Assembly: GCF_009914755.1 (NCBI RefSeq)
Contig: NC_060925.1
Origin: the human T2T-CHM13v2.0 reference genome, Homo sapiens
Direction: 5' to 3' (one strand)
DNA length: 64,000 bases
Position 1 is the stretch's first letter, and each line of letters begins with the position of its first letter. Both the position numbers and the translations under genes were made by a program. The notes beneath the pieces are model-generated. The model was not told the origin of the DNA and did no database searches. It saw only the letters and a program-made list of their open reading frames with translations. Positions 1 through 14,000 of this stretch are shown piece by piece.

Positions 1-307
1 TAGACAGAATAATTCTCAGTAACTTCCTTGTGTTGTGTGTATTCAACTCACAGAGTTGAACGATCCTTTACACAGAGCAGACTTGAAACTCTCTTTTTGT
101 GGAATTTGCAAGTGGAGATTTCAGCCGCTTTGTGGTCAATGGTAGAATAGGAAATATCTTCCTATAGAAACTAGACAGAATGATTCTCATAAACTCCTTT
201 GTGATGTGTGAATTCAACTCACAGAGTTTCACCTTTCTTTTCATAGAGCAGTTAGGAAACACTCTGTTTGTAAAGTCTGCAAGTGGATATTCAGACCTCC
301 TTGAGGC

Positions 308-324
308 CTTCGTTGGAAACGGGA
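308..324 (+). other. CENP-B box (first of ~188 box positions, one per dimer)
   Basis: CTTCGTTGGAAACGGGA matches the NTTCGNNNNANNCGGGN consensus exactly and recurs about every 340 bp. Confidence 0.97.
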
Positions 325-1021
325 TTTCTTCATATTCTGCTAGACAGAAGAATTCTCAGTAACTTCCTTGTATTGTGTGTATTCAACTCACAGAGTTGAA
401 CGATCCTTTACACAGAGCAGACTTGAAACACTCTTTTTGTGGAATTTGCAAGTGGAGATTTCAGCCGCTTTGAGGTCAATGGTAGAAAAGGAAACTATCT
501 TCGTATAAAGACTAGACAGAATGATTCTCAGAAAATCCTTTGTGATGTGTGCGTTCAACTCACAGAGTTTAACTTTTCTTTTCATAGAGCAGTTAGGAAA
601 CACTCTGTTTGTAAAGTCTGCAAGTGGATATTCAGACCTCTTTGAGGCCTTCGTTGGAAACGGGATTTCTTCATATTATTCTAGACTGAATAATTCTCAG
701 TAACTTCCTTGTGTTGTGTGTATTCAACTCACAGAGTTGAACGATCCTTTATAGAGAGCAGACTTGAAACACTCTTTTTGTGGAATTTGCAAGTGGAGAT
801 TTCAGCCTCTTTGAGGTCAATGGTAGAATAGGAAATATCTTCCTATAGAAACTAGACAGAATGATTCTCAGAATCTGCTTTGTGATGTGTGCGTTCAACT
901 CACAGAGTTTAACCTTTCTTTTCATAGAGCAGTTAGGAAACACTCTGTTTGTAAAGTCTGCAAGTGGATATTCAGACCTCTTTGAGGCCTTCGTTGGAAA
1001 CGGGATTTCTTCATATTCTGC

Positions 1022-2040
1022 TAGACAGAAGAATTCTCAGTAACTTCCTTGTGTTGTGTGTATTCAACTCACAAGGTTGAACGATCCTTTACACAGAGCA
1101 GACTTGAAACACTCTTTTTGTGGAATTTGCAAGTGGAGATTTCAGCTGCTTTGAGGTCAATAGTAGAAAAGGAAATATCTTCGTAGAAAAACTACACAGA
1201 ATGATTCTCAGAAACTCCTTTGTGATGTGTGTGTTCAACTCACAGAGTTTAACCTTTCTTTTCATAGAGCAGTTAGTAAACACTCTGTTTATAAAGTCTG
1301 CAAGTGGATATTCAGACCCCTTTGAGGCCTTCGTTGGAAACGGGATTTCTTCATATTCTGCTAGACAGAAGAATTCTCAGTAACTTCCTTGTGTTGTGTG
1401 TATTCAACTGACAGAGTTGAACTTTCATTTAGAGAGAGCAGATTTGAAACACTGTTTTTGTGGAATTTGCAATTGGAGATTTCAAGCGCTTTGGGGCCAA
1501 AGGCAGAAAAGGAAATATCTTCGTATAAAAACTAGACAGAATCATTCTCAGAAACTGCTGCGTGATGTGTGCGTTCAACTCTCAGAGTTTAACTTTTCTT
1601 TTCATTCAGCGGTTTGGAAACACTCTGTTTGTAAAGTCTGCACGAGGATATTTTGACCCCTTAGAGGCCTTCGTTGGAAACGGGTTTTTTTCATGTAAGG
1701 CTAGACAGAAGAATTCCCAGTAACTTCCTTGTGTTGTGTGCATTCAACTCACAGAGTTGAACGTTCCCTTAGACAGAGCAGATTTGAAACACTCTATTTG
1801 TGCAATTTGCAAGTGTAGATTTCAAGCGCTTTAAGGTCAATGGCAGAAAAGGAAATATCTTCGTTTCAAAACTAGACAGAATCATTCCCACAAACTGCGT
1901 TGTGATGTGTTCGTTCAACTCACAGAGTTTAACCTTTCTGTTCATAGAGCAGTTAGGAAACACTCTGTTTGTAAAGTCTGTAAGTGGATATTCTGACATC
2001 TTGTGGCCTTCGTTGGAAACGGGATTTCTTCATATTCTGC
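1022..2040 (+). repeat. Representative A3-B-C hexamer core (three distinguishable dimers, 1019 bp)
   Basis: A3 (1022): AATAGTAGAA, GTTAGTAAAC, TTTATAAAG, GACCCCTTTG. B (1362): ACTGACAG, ACTTTCATTTAG, GGGGCCAAAGG, CATTCAGCGGTTTGG, CATGTAAGG. C (1702, 339 bp): AACGTTCCCTTAG, GTGCAATTTG, CATTCCCACAAACTGCG, CTGACATCTTGTGG. Confidence 0.85.
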
Positions 2041-2175
2041 TAGACAGAAGAATTCTCAGTAACTTCCTTGTGTTGTGTGTATTCAACTCACAGAGTTGAA
2101 CGATCCTTTACACAGAGCAGACTTGAAACACTCTTTTTGTGGAATTTGCAAGTGGAGATTTCAGCCGCTTTGAGG

Positions 2176-2193
2176 TCAATGGTAGAAAAGGAA
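2176..2193 (+). other. pJalpha-type (A-box) site of the non-CENP-B monomer (representative copy)
   Basis: TCAATGGTAGAAAAGGAA sits at the position homologous to the CENP-B box in the alternate monomer, giving the known A/B monomer alternation. Exact motif boundaries are approximate. Confidence 0.65.
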
Positions 2194-5097
2194 ATATCTC
2201 AGTATAAAGACTAGACAGAATGATTCTCAGAAACTCCTTTGTGATGTGTGCGTGCAACTCACAGAGTTTAACTTTTCTTTTCATAGAGCAGTTAGGAAAC
2301 ACTCTGTTTGTAAAGTCTGCAAGTGGATATTCAGACCTCTTTGATGCCTTCGTTGGAAACGGGATTTCTTCATATTATGCTAGACAGAATAATTCTCAGT
2401 AACTTCCTTGTGTTGTGTGTATTCAACTCAGAGAGTTGAACGATCCTTTACAGAGAGCTGACTTGAAACACTCTTTTTGTGGAATTTGCAAGTGGTGATC
2501 TCAGCCGCTTTGAGGTCAATGGTAGAATAGGAAATATCTTCCTATAGAAAGTAGACAGAATGATTCTCATAAACTCCTTTGTGATGTGTGCGTTCAACTC
2601 ACAGAGTTTAACCTTTCTTTTCATAGAGCAGTTAGGAAACACTCTGTTTGTAAAGTCTGCAAGTGGATATTCAGACCTCCTTGAGGCCTTCGTTGGAAAC
2701 GGGATTTCTTCATATTCTGCTAGACAGAAGAATTCTCAGTAACTTCCTTGTGTTGTGTGTTTTCAACTCACAGAGTTGAACGATCCTTTACACAGAGCAG
2801 ACTTGAAACACTCTTTTTTTCGAATTTGAAAGTGGAGATTTCAGCCGCTTTGAGGTCAATGGTAGAAAAGGAAACTATCTTCGTATAAAGACAAGACAGA
2901 ATGATTCTCAGAAAATCCTTTGTGATGTGTGCGTTCAACTCACAGAGTTTAACTTTTCTTTTCATAACGCAGTTAGGAAACACTCTGTTTGTAAAGTCTG
3001 CAAGTGGATATTCAGACCTCTTTGAGGCCTTCTTTGGAAACGGGTTTTCTTCATATTCTGCTAGACAGAAGAATTCTCAGTAACTTCCTTGTGTTGTGTG
3101 TATTCCACTCACAGAGTTGAACGATCCTTTAGAGGGAGCAGACTTGAAACACTCTTTGTGGAATTTGCAAGTGGACATTTCAGCCGCTTTGAGGTCAATG
3201 GTAGAATAGGAAATATCTTCCTATAGAAACTAGACAGAATGATTCTCAGAATCTCCTTTGTGATGTGTGCGTTCAACTCTCAGAGTTTAACTTTTCTTTT
3301 CATTCAGCGGTTTGGAAACACTCTGTTTGTTAAGTCTGCACGTGGATATTTTGACCACTTAGAGGCCTTCGTTGGAAACGGGTATATTTCATGTAAGGCT
3401 AGACAGAAGAATTCCCAGTAACTTCCTTGTGTTGTGTGCATTCAACTCACAGAGTTGAACGTTCCCTTAGACAGAGCAGATTTGAAACACTCTATTTGTG
3501 CAATTGGCAAGTGTAGATTTCAAGCGCTTTAAGGTCAATGGCAGAAAAGGAAATATCTTCGTTTCAAAACTAGACAGAATCATTCCCACAAACTGCGTTG
3601 TGATGTGTTCGTTCAACTCACAGAGTTTAACCTTTCTGTTCATAGAGCAGTTAGGAAACACTCTGTTTGTAAAGTCTGTAAGTGGATATTCGGACATCTT
3701 GTGGCCTTCGTTGGAAACGGGATTTCTTCATATTCTGCTAGACAGAAGAATTCTCAGTAACTTCCTTCTGTTGTGTGTATTCAACTCACAGAGTTGAACG
3801 ATCCTTTACACAGAGCAGACTTGAAACACTCTTTTTGTGGAATTTGCAAGTGGAGATTTCAGCCGCTTTGGGGTCAATGGTAGAAAAGGAAATATCTTCG
3901 TATAAAGACTAGACAGAATGATTCTCAGAAACTCCTTTGTGATGTGTGCGTGCAACTCACAGAGTTTAACTTTTCTTTTCATAGAGCAGTTAGGAAACAC
4001 TCTGTTTGTAAAGTCTGCAAGTGGATATTCAGACCTCTTTGAGGCCTTCGTTGGAAACGGGATTTCTGCATATTCTGCGAGACAGAAGAATTCTCAGTAA
4101 CTTCCTTGTGTTGTGTGTATTCAACTCACAGAGTTGAACGATCCTTTACACAGAGCAGACTTGAAACACTCTTTTTCTGGAATTTGCAAGTGGAGATTTC
4201 AGCCGCTTTGTGGTCAATAGTAGAAAAGGAAATATCATCGTAGAAAAACTAGACAGAATGATTCTCAGAAACTCCTTTGTGATGTGTGTGTTCAACTCAC
4301 AGAATTTAACCTTTCTTTTCATAGAGCAGTTAGTAAACACTCTGTTTATAAAGTCTGCAAGTGGATATTCAGACCCCTTTGAGGCCTTCGTTGGAATCGG
4401 GATTTCTTCATATTATGCAAGACAGAAGAATTCTCAGTAACTTCCTTGTGTTGTGTGTATTCAACTGACAGAGTTGAACTTTCATTTAGAGAGAGCAGAT
4501 TTGAAACACTGTTTTTGTGGAATTTGCAAATGGTGACTTCAAGCGCTTTGGGGCCAAACGCAGAAAAGGAAATATCTTCGTATAAAAACTAGACAGAATC
4601 ATTCTCAGAAACTGCTGCGTGATGTGTGCGTTCAACTCTCAGAGTTTAACTTTTCTTTTCATTCAGCGGTTTGGAAACACTCTGTTTGTAAAGTCTGCAC
4701 GTGGATATTTTGACCACTTAGAGGCCTTCGTTGGAAACGGGTTTTTTTCATGTAAGGCTAGACAGAAGAATTCCCAGTAACTTCCTTGTGTTGTGTGCAT
4801 TCAACTCACAGAGTTGAACGTTCCCTTAGACAGAGCAGATTTGAAACACTCTATTTGTGCAATTTGCAAGTGTAGATTTCAAGCGCTTTCAGGTCAATGG
4901 CAGAAAAGGAAATATCTTCGTTTCAAAACTAGACAGAATCATTCCCACAAACTGCGTTGTGATGTGTTCGTTCAACTCACAGAGTTTTACCTTTCTGTTC
5001 ATAGAGCAGTTAGGAAACACTCTGTTTGTAAAGTCTGTAAGTGGATATTCTGACATCTTGTGGCCTTCGTTGGAAAAGGGATTTCTTCATATTCTGC

Positions 5098-8000
5098 TAG
5101 ACAGAAGAATTATCAGTAACTTCCTTGTGTTGTGTGTATTCAACTCACAGAGTTGAACGATCCTTTACACAGAGCAGACTTGAAACACTCTTTTTGTGGA
5201 ATTTGCAAGTGGAGATTTCAGCCGCTTTGAGGTCAATGGTAGAATAGGAAATATCTTCCTATAGAAAATAGACAGAATGATTTTCAGAAACTCCTTTGTG
5301 ATGTGTGCGTTCAATTCACAGAGTTTAACTTTTCATAGAGCAGTTAGGAAACACTCTGTTTGTAAAGTCTGCAAGTGGATATTCAGACCTCTTTGAGGCC
5401 TTCGTTGGAAACGGGATTTCTTCATATTATGCTAGACAGAATAATTCTCAGTAACTTCCTTGTGTTGTGTGTATTCAACTCACAGATTTGAACGATCCTT
5501 TACAGAGAGCAGACTTGAAACACTCTTTTTGTGGAATTTGCAAGTGGAGATTTCAGCTGCTTTGAGGTCAATGGTAGAAAAGGAAATATCTTCGTAGAAA
5601 AACTAGACAGAATGATTCTCAGAAACTCCTTTGTGATGTGTGTGTTCAACTCACAGTATTTAACCTTTCTTTTCATAGAGCAGTTAGTAAACACTCTGTT
5701 TATAAAGTCTGCAAGTGGATATTCAGACCCCTTTGAGGCCTTCGTTGGAATCGGGATTTCTTCATATTATGCAAGACAGAAGAATTCTCAGTAACTTCCT
5801 TGTGTTGTGTGTATTCAACTGACAGAGTTGAACTTTCATTTAGAGAGAGCAGATTTGAAACACTGTTTTTGTGGAATTTGCAAGTGGTGACTTCAAGCGC
5901 TTTGGGGCCAAACGCAGAAAAGGAAATATCTTCGTATAAAAACTAGACAGAATCATTCTCAGAAACTGCTGCGTGATGTGTGCGTTCAACTCTCAGAGTT
6001 TAACTTTTCTTTTCATTCAGCGGTTTGGAAACACTCTGTTTGTAAAGTCTGCACGTGGATATTTTGACCACTTAGAGGCCTTCGTTGGAAACGGGTTTTT
6101 TTCATGTAAGGCTAGACAGAAGAATTCCCAGTAACTTCCTTGTGTTGTGTGCATTCAACTCACAGAGTTGAACGTTCCCTTAGACAGAGCAGATTTGAAA
6201 CACTCTATTTGTGCAATTTGCAAGTGTAGATTTCAAGCGCTTTCAGGTCAATGGCAGAAAAGGAAATATCTTCGTTTCAAAACTAGACAGAATCATTCCC
6301 ACAAACTGCGTTGTGATGTGTTCGTTCAACTCACAGCGTTTTACCTTTCTGTTCATAGAGCAGTTAGGAAACACTCTGTTTGTAAAGTCTGTAAGTGGAT
6401 ATTCTGACATCTTGTGGCCTTCGTTGGAAATGGGATTTCTTCATATTCTGCTAGACAGAAGAATTCTCAGTAACTTCCTTGTGTTGTGTGTATTCAACTG
6501 ACAGAGTTGAACTTTCATTTAGAGAGAGCAGATTTGAAACACTGTTTTTGTGGAATTTGCAAGTGGAGATTTCAGCCGCTTTGAGGTCAATAGTAGAAAA
6601 GGAAATATCTTCGTAGAAAAACTAGACAGAATGATTCTCAGAAACTCCTTTGTGATGTGTGTGTTCAACTCACAGAGTTTAACCTTTCTTTTAATAGAGC
6701 AGTTAGTAAACACTCTGTTTATAAAGTCTGCAAGTGGATATTCAGACCCCTTTGAGGCCTTCTTTGGAAACGGGATTTCTTCATATTCTGCTAGACAGAA
6801 GAATTCTCAGTAACTTCCTTGTGTTGTGTGTATTCAACTCACAGAGTTGAACGATCCTTTACACAGAGCAGACTTGAAACACTCTTTTTGTGGAATTTGC
6901 AAGTGGAGATTTCAGACGCTTTGAGGTCAATGGTAGAAAAGGAAATATCTTCGTATAAAGACTAGACAGAATGATTCTCAGAAACTCCTTTGTGATTTGT
7001 GCGTTCAACTCACAGAGTTTAACTTTTCTTTTCATAGATCAGTTAGGAAACACTCTGTTTGTAAAGTCTGCAAGTGGATATTCAGACCTCTTTGAGGCCT
7101 TCGTTGGAAACGGGATTTCTTCATATTATGCTAGACAGAATAATTCTCAGTAACTTCCTTGTGTTGTGTGTATTCAACTCACAGAGTTGAACGATCCTTT
7201 AGAGAGAGCAGACTTGAAACACTCTTTTTGTGGAATTTGCAAGTGGAGATTTCAGCCGCTTTGTGGTCAATGGTAGAAAAGGAAACTATCATCGTATAAA
7301 GACTAGACAGAATGATTCTCAGAAAATCCTTTGTGATGCGTGCGTTCAACTCACAGAGTTTAACTTTTCTTTTCATAGAGCAGTTAGGAAACACTCTGTA
7401 AAGTCTGCAAGTGGATATTGAGACCCCTTTGAGGCCCTCGTTGGAAACGTGATTTCTTCATATTCTGCTAGACAGAAGAATTCTCAGTAACTTCCTTGTG
7501 TTGTGTGTATTCAAGTCACAGAGTTGAACGATCTTTTACACAGAGCAGACTTGAAACACTCTTTTTGTGGAATTTGCAAGTGGAGATTTCAGCCGCTTTG
7601 AGGTCAATAGTAGAAAAGGAAATATCTTCGTAGAAAAACTAGACAGAATGATTCTCAGAAACTCCTTTGTGATGTGTGTGTTCAACTCACAGAGTTTAAC
7701 CTTTCTTTTCATAGAGCAGTTCGTAAACACTCTGTTTATAAAGTCTGCAAGTGGATATTCAGACCCCTTTGAGGCCTTCTTTGGAAACGGGATTTCTTCA
7801 TATTATGCTAGACAGAAGAATTCTCAGTAACTTCCTTGTGTTGTGTGTATTCAACTGACAGAGTTGAACTTTCATTTAGAGAGAGCAGATTTGAAACACT
7901 GTTTTTGTGGAATTTGCAAGTGGAGATTCCAAGCGCTTTGGGGCCAAAGGCAGAAAAGGAAATATCTTCGTATAAAAACTAGACAGAATCATTCTCAGAA

Positions 8001-11000
8001 ACTGCTGCGTGATGTGTGCGTTCAACTCTCAGAGTTTAACTTTTCTTTACATTCAGCGGTTTGGAAACACTCTGTTTGTAAAGTCTGCACGTGGATATTT
8101 TGACCACTTAGAGGCCTTCGTTGGAAACGGGATTTTTTCATGTAAGGCTAGACAGAAGAATTCCCAGTAACTTCCTTGTGTTGTGTGTATTCAACTCACA
8201 GAGTTGAACGTTCCCTTAGACAGAGCAGATTTGAAACACTCTATTTGTGCAATTTGCAAGTGTAGATTTCAAGCGCTTTAAGTTCAATGGCAGAAAAGGA
8301 AATATCTTCGTTTCAAAACTAGACAGAATCATTCCCACAAACTGCGTTGTGATGTGTTCGTTCAACTCACAGAGTTTAACCTTTCTGTTCATAGAGCAGT
8401 TAGGAAACACTCTGTTTGTAAAGTCTGTAAGTGGATATTCTGACATCTTGTGGCCTTCGTTGGAAAAGGGATTTCTTCATATTCTGCTAGACAGAAGAAT
8501 TATCAGTAACTTCCTTGTGTTGTGTGTATTCAACTCACAGAGTTGAACGATACTTTACACAGAGCAGACTTGAAACACTCTTTTTGTGGAATTTGCAAGT
8601 GGAGATTTCAGCCGCTTTGAGGTCAATGGTAGAATAGGAAATATCTTCCTATAGAAAATAGACAGAATGATTTTCAGAAACTCCTTTGTGATGTGTGCGT
8701 TCAATTCACAGAGTTTAACTTTTCATAGAGCAGTTAGGAAACACTCTGTTTGTAAAGTCTGCAAGTGGATATTCAGACCTCTTTGAGGCCTTCGTTGGAA
8801 ACGGGATTTCTTCATATTATGCTAGACAGAATAATTCTCAGTAACTTCCTTGTGTTGTGTGTATTCAACTCACAGATTTGAACGATCCTTTACAGAGAGC
8901 AGACTTGAAACACTCTTTTTGTGGAATTTTCAAGTGGAGATTTCAGCTGCTTTGAGGTCAATGGTAGAAAAGGAAATATCTTCGTAGAAAAACTAGACAG
9001 AATGATTCTCAGAAACTCCTTTGTGATGTGTGTGTTCAACTCACAGAATTTAACCTTTCTTTTCATAGAGCAGTTAGTAAACACTCTGTTTATAAAGTCT
9101 GCAAGTGGATATTCAGACCCCTTTGAGGCCTTCGTTGGAATCGGGATTTCTTCATATTATGCAAGACAGAAGAATTCTCAGTAACTTCCTTGTGTTGTGT
9201 GTATTCAACTGACAGAGTTGAACTTTCATTTAGAGAGAGCAGATTTGAAACACTGTTTTTATGGAATTTGCAAGTGGTGACTTCAAGCGCTTTGGGGCCA
9301 AACGCAGAAAAGGAAATATCTTCGTATAAAAACTAGACAGAATCATTCTCAGAAACTGCTGCGTGATGTGTGCGTTCAACTCTCAGAGTTTAACTTTTCT
9401 TTTCATTCAGCGGTTTGGAAACACTCTGTTTGTAAAGTCTGCACGTGGATATTTTGACCACTTAGAGGCCTTCGTTGGAAACGGGTTTTTTTCATGTAAG
9501 GCTAGACAGAAGAATTCCCAGTAACTTCCTTGTGTTGTGTGCATTCAACTCACAGAGTTGAACGTTCCCTTAGACAGAGCAGATTTGAAACACTCTATTT
9601 GTGCAATTTGCAAGTGTAGATTTCAAGCGCTTTCAGGTCAATGGCAGAAAAGGAAATATCTTCGTTTCAAAACTAGACAGAATCATTCCCACAAACTGCG
9701 TTGTGATGTGTTCGTTCAACTCACAGCGTTTTACCTTTCTGTTCATAGAGCAGTTAGGAAACACTCTGTTTGTAAAGTCTGTAAGTGGATATTCTGACAT
9801 CTTGTGGCCTTCGTTGGAAATGGGATTTCTTCATATTCTGCTAGACAGAAGAATTCTCAGTAACTTCCTTGTGTTGTGTGTATTCAACTGACAGAGTTGA
9901 ACTTTCATTTAGAGAGAGCAGATTTGAAACACTGTTTTTGTGGAATTTGCAAGTGGAGATTTCAGCCGCTTTGAGGTCAATAGTAGAAAAGGAAATATCT
10001 TCGTAGAAAAACTAGACAGAATGATTCTCAGAAACTCCTTTGTGATGTGTGTGTTCAACTCACAGAGTTTAACCTTTCTTTTCATAGAGCAGTTAGTAAA
10101 CACTCTGTTTATAAAGTCTGCAAGTGGATATTCAGACCCCTTTGAGGCCTTCTTTGGAAACGGGATTTCTTCATATTCTGCTAGACAGAAGAATTCTCAG
10201 TAACTTCCTTGTGTTGTGTGTATTCAACTCACAGAGTTGAACGATCCTTTACACAGAGCAGACTTGAAACACTCTTTTTGTGGAATTTGCAAGTGGAGAT
10301 TTCAGACGCTTTGAGGTCAATGGTAGAAAAGGAAATATCTTCGTATAAAGACTAGACAGAATGATTCTCAGAAACTCCTTTGTGATGTGTGCGTTCAACT
10401 CACAGAGTTTAACTTTTCTTTTCATAGAGCAGTTAGGAAACACTCTGTTTGTAAAGTCTGCAAGTGGATATTCAGACCTCTTTGAGGCCTTCGTTGGAAA
10501 CGGGATTTCTTCATATTATGCTAGACAGAATAATTCTCAGTAACTTCCTTGTGTTGTGTGTATTCAACTCACAGAGTTGAACGATCCTTTACAGAGAGCA
10601 GACTTGAAACACTCTTTTTGTGGAATTTGCAAGTGGAGATTTCAGCCGCTTTGAGGTCAATGGTAGAAAAGGAAATATCTTCGTATAAAGACTAGACAGA
10701 ATGATTCTCAGAAACTCCTTTGTGATTTGTGCGTTCAACTCACAGAGTTTAACTTTTCTTTTCATAGATCAGTTAGGAAACACTCTGTTTGTAAAGTCTG
10801 CAAGTGGATATTCAGACCTCTTTGAGGCCTTCGTTGGAAACGGGATTTCTTCATATTATGCTAGACAGAATAATTCTCAGTAACTTCCTTGTGTTGTGTG
10901 TATTCAACTCACAGAGTTGAACGATCCTTTAGAGAGAGCAGACTTGAAACACTCTTTTTGTGGAATTTGCAAGTGGAGATTTCAGCCGCTTTGTGGTCAA

Positions 11001-14000
11001 TGGTAGAAAAGGAAACTATCATCGTATAAAGACTAGACAGAATGATTCTCAGAAAATCCTTTGTGATGCGTGCGTTCAACTCACAGAGTTTAACTTTTCT
11101 TTTCATAGAGCAGTTAGGAAACACTCTGTAAAGTCTGCAAGTGGATATTGAGACCCCTTTGAGGCCTTCGTTGGAAACGTGATTTCTTCATATTCTGCTA
11201 GACAGAAGAATTCTCAGTAACTTCCTTGTGTTGTGTGTATTCAACTCACAGAGTTGAACGATCTTTTACACAGAGCAGACTTGAAACACTCTTTTTGTGG
11301 AATTTGCAAGTGGAGATTTCAGCCGCTTTGAGGTCAATAGTAGAAAAGGAAATATCTTCGTAGAAAAACTAGACAGAATGATTCTCAGAAACTCCTTTGT
11401 GATGTGTGTGTTCAACTCACAGAGTTTAACCTTTCTTTTCATAGAGCAGTTCGTAAACACTCTGTTTATAAAGTCTGCAAGTGGATATTCAGACCCCTTT
11501 GAGGCCTTCTTTGGAAACGGGATTTCTTCATATTATGCTAGACAGAAGAATTCTCAGTAACTTCCTTGTGTTGTGTGTATTCAACTGACAGAGTTGAACT
11601 TTCATTTAGAGAGAGCAGATTTGAAACACTGTTTTTGTGGAATTTGCAAGTGGAGATTTCAAGCGCTTTGGGGCCAAAGGCAGAAAAGGAAATATCTTCG
11701 TATAAAAACTAGACAGAATCATTCTCAGAAACTGCTGCGTGATGTGTGCGTTCAACTCTCAGAGTTTAACTTTTCTTTACATTCAGCGGTTTGGAAACAC
11801 TCTGTTTGTAAAGTCTGCACGTGGATATTTTGACCACTTAGAGGCCTTCGTTGGAAACGGGATTTTTTCATGTAAGGCTAGACAGAAGAATTCCCAGTAA
11901 CTTCCTTGTGTTGTGTGTATTCAACTCACAGAGTTGAACGTTCCCTTAGACAGAGCAGATTTGAAACACTCTATTTGTGCAATTTGCAAGTGTAGATTTC
12001 AAGCGCTTTATGTTCAATGGCAGAAAAGGAAATATCTTCGTTTCAAAACTAGACAGAATCATTCCCACAAACTGCGTTGTGATGTGTTCGTTCAACTCAC
12101 AGAGTTTACCCTTTCTGTTCATAGAGCAGTTAGGAAACACTCTGTTTGTAAAGTCTGTAAGTGGATATTCTGACATCTTGTGGCCTTCGTTGGAAAAGGG
12201 ATTTCTTCATATTCTGCTAGACAGAAGAATTCTCAGTAACTTCCTTGTGTTGTGTGTATTCAAATCACAGAGTTGAACGATCCTTTACACAGAGCAGACT
12301 TGAAACACTCTTTTTGTGGAATTTGCAAGTGGAGATTTCAGACGCTTTGAGGTCAATGGTAGAAAAGGAAATATCTTCGTATAAAGACTAGACAGAATGA
12401 TTCTCAGAAACTCCTTTGTGATGTGTGCGTTCAACTCACAGAGTTTAACTTTTCTTTTCATAGAGCAGTTAGGAAACACTCTGTTTGTAAAGTCTGCAAG
12501 TGGATATTCAGACCTCTTTGAGGCCTTCGTTGGAAACGGGATTTCTTCATATTATGCTAGACAGAATAATTCTCAGTAACTTCCTTGTGTTGTGTGTATT
12601 CAACTCACAGAGTTGAACGATCCTTTACAGAGAGCAGACTTGAAACACTCTTTTTCTGGAATTTGCAAGTGGAGATTTCAGCCGCTTTGAGGTCAATGGT
12701 AGAAAAGGAAATATCTTCGTATAAAGACTAGACAGAATGATTCTCAGAAACTCCTTTGTGATTTGTGCGTTCAACTCACAGAGTTTAACTTTTCTTTTCA
12801 TAGATCAGTTAGGAAACACTCTGTTTGTAAAGTCTGCAAGTGGATATTCAGACCTCTTTGAGGCCTTCGTTGGAAACGGGATTTCTTCATATTATGCTAG
12901 ACAGAATAATTCTCAGTAACTTCCTTGTGTTGTGTGTATTCAACTCACAGAGTTGAACGATCCTTTAGAGAGAGCAGACTTGAAACACTCTTTTTGTGGA
13001 ATTTGCAAGTGGAGATTTCAGCCGCTTTGTGGTCAATGGTAGAAAAGGAAACTATCATCGTATAAAGACTAGACAGAATGATTCTCAGAAAATCCTTTGT
13101 GATGCGTGCGTTCAACTCACAGAGTTTAACTTTTCTTTTCATAGAGCAGTTAGGAAACACTCTGTAAAGTCTGCAAGTGGATATTGAGACCCCTTTGAGG
13201 CCTTCGTTGGAAACGTGATTTCTTCATATTCTGCTAGACAGAAGAATTCTCAGTAACTTCCTTGTGTTGTGTGTATTCAACTCACAGAGTTGAACGATCT
13301 TTTACACAGAGCAGACTTGAAACACTCTTTTTGTGGAATTTGCAAGTGGAGATTTCAGCCGCTTTGAGGTCAATAGTAGAAAAGGAAATATCTTCGTAGA
13401 AAAACTAGACAGAATGATTCTCAGAAACTCCTTTGTGATGTGTGTGTTCAACTCACAGAGTTTAACCTTTCTTTTCATAGAGCAGTTCGTAAACACTCTG
13501 TTTATAAAGTCTGCAAGTGGATATTCAGACCCCTTTGAGGCCTTCTTTGGAAACGGGATTTCTTCATATTATGCTAGACAGAAGAATTCTCAGTAACTTC
13601 CTTGTGTTGTGTGTATTCAACTGACAGAGTTGAACTTTCATTTAGAGAGAGCAGATTTGAAACACTGTTTTTGTGGAATTTGCAAGTGGAGATTTCAAGC
13701 GCTTTGGGGCCAAAGGCAGAAAAGGAAATATCTTCGTATAAAAACTAGACAGAATCATTCTCAGAAACTGCTGCGTGATGTGTGCGTTCAACTCTCAGAG
13801 TTTAACTTTTCTTTACATTCAGCGGTTTGGAAACACTCTGTTTGTAAAGTCTGCACGTGGATATTTTGACCACTTAGAGGCCTTCGTTGGAAACGGGATT
13901 TTTTCATGTAAGGCTAGACAGAAGAATTCCCAGTAACTTCCTTGTGTTGTGTGTATTCAACTCACAGAGTTGAACGTTCCGTTAGACAGAGCAGATTTGA

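Noticed and set aside
4386-4402. CENP-B box variants CTTCGTTGGAATCGGGA (also in each 22-mer and near 27106) and CTTCGTTGGATACGGGA (~40780) as broken boxes
   Set aside because: The changes fall at non-essential N positions of NTTCGNNNNANNCGGGN, so I counted them as intact.
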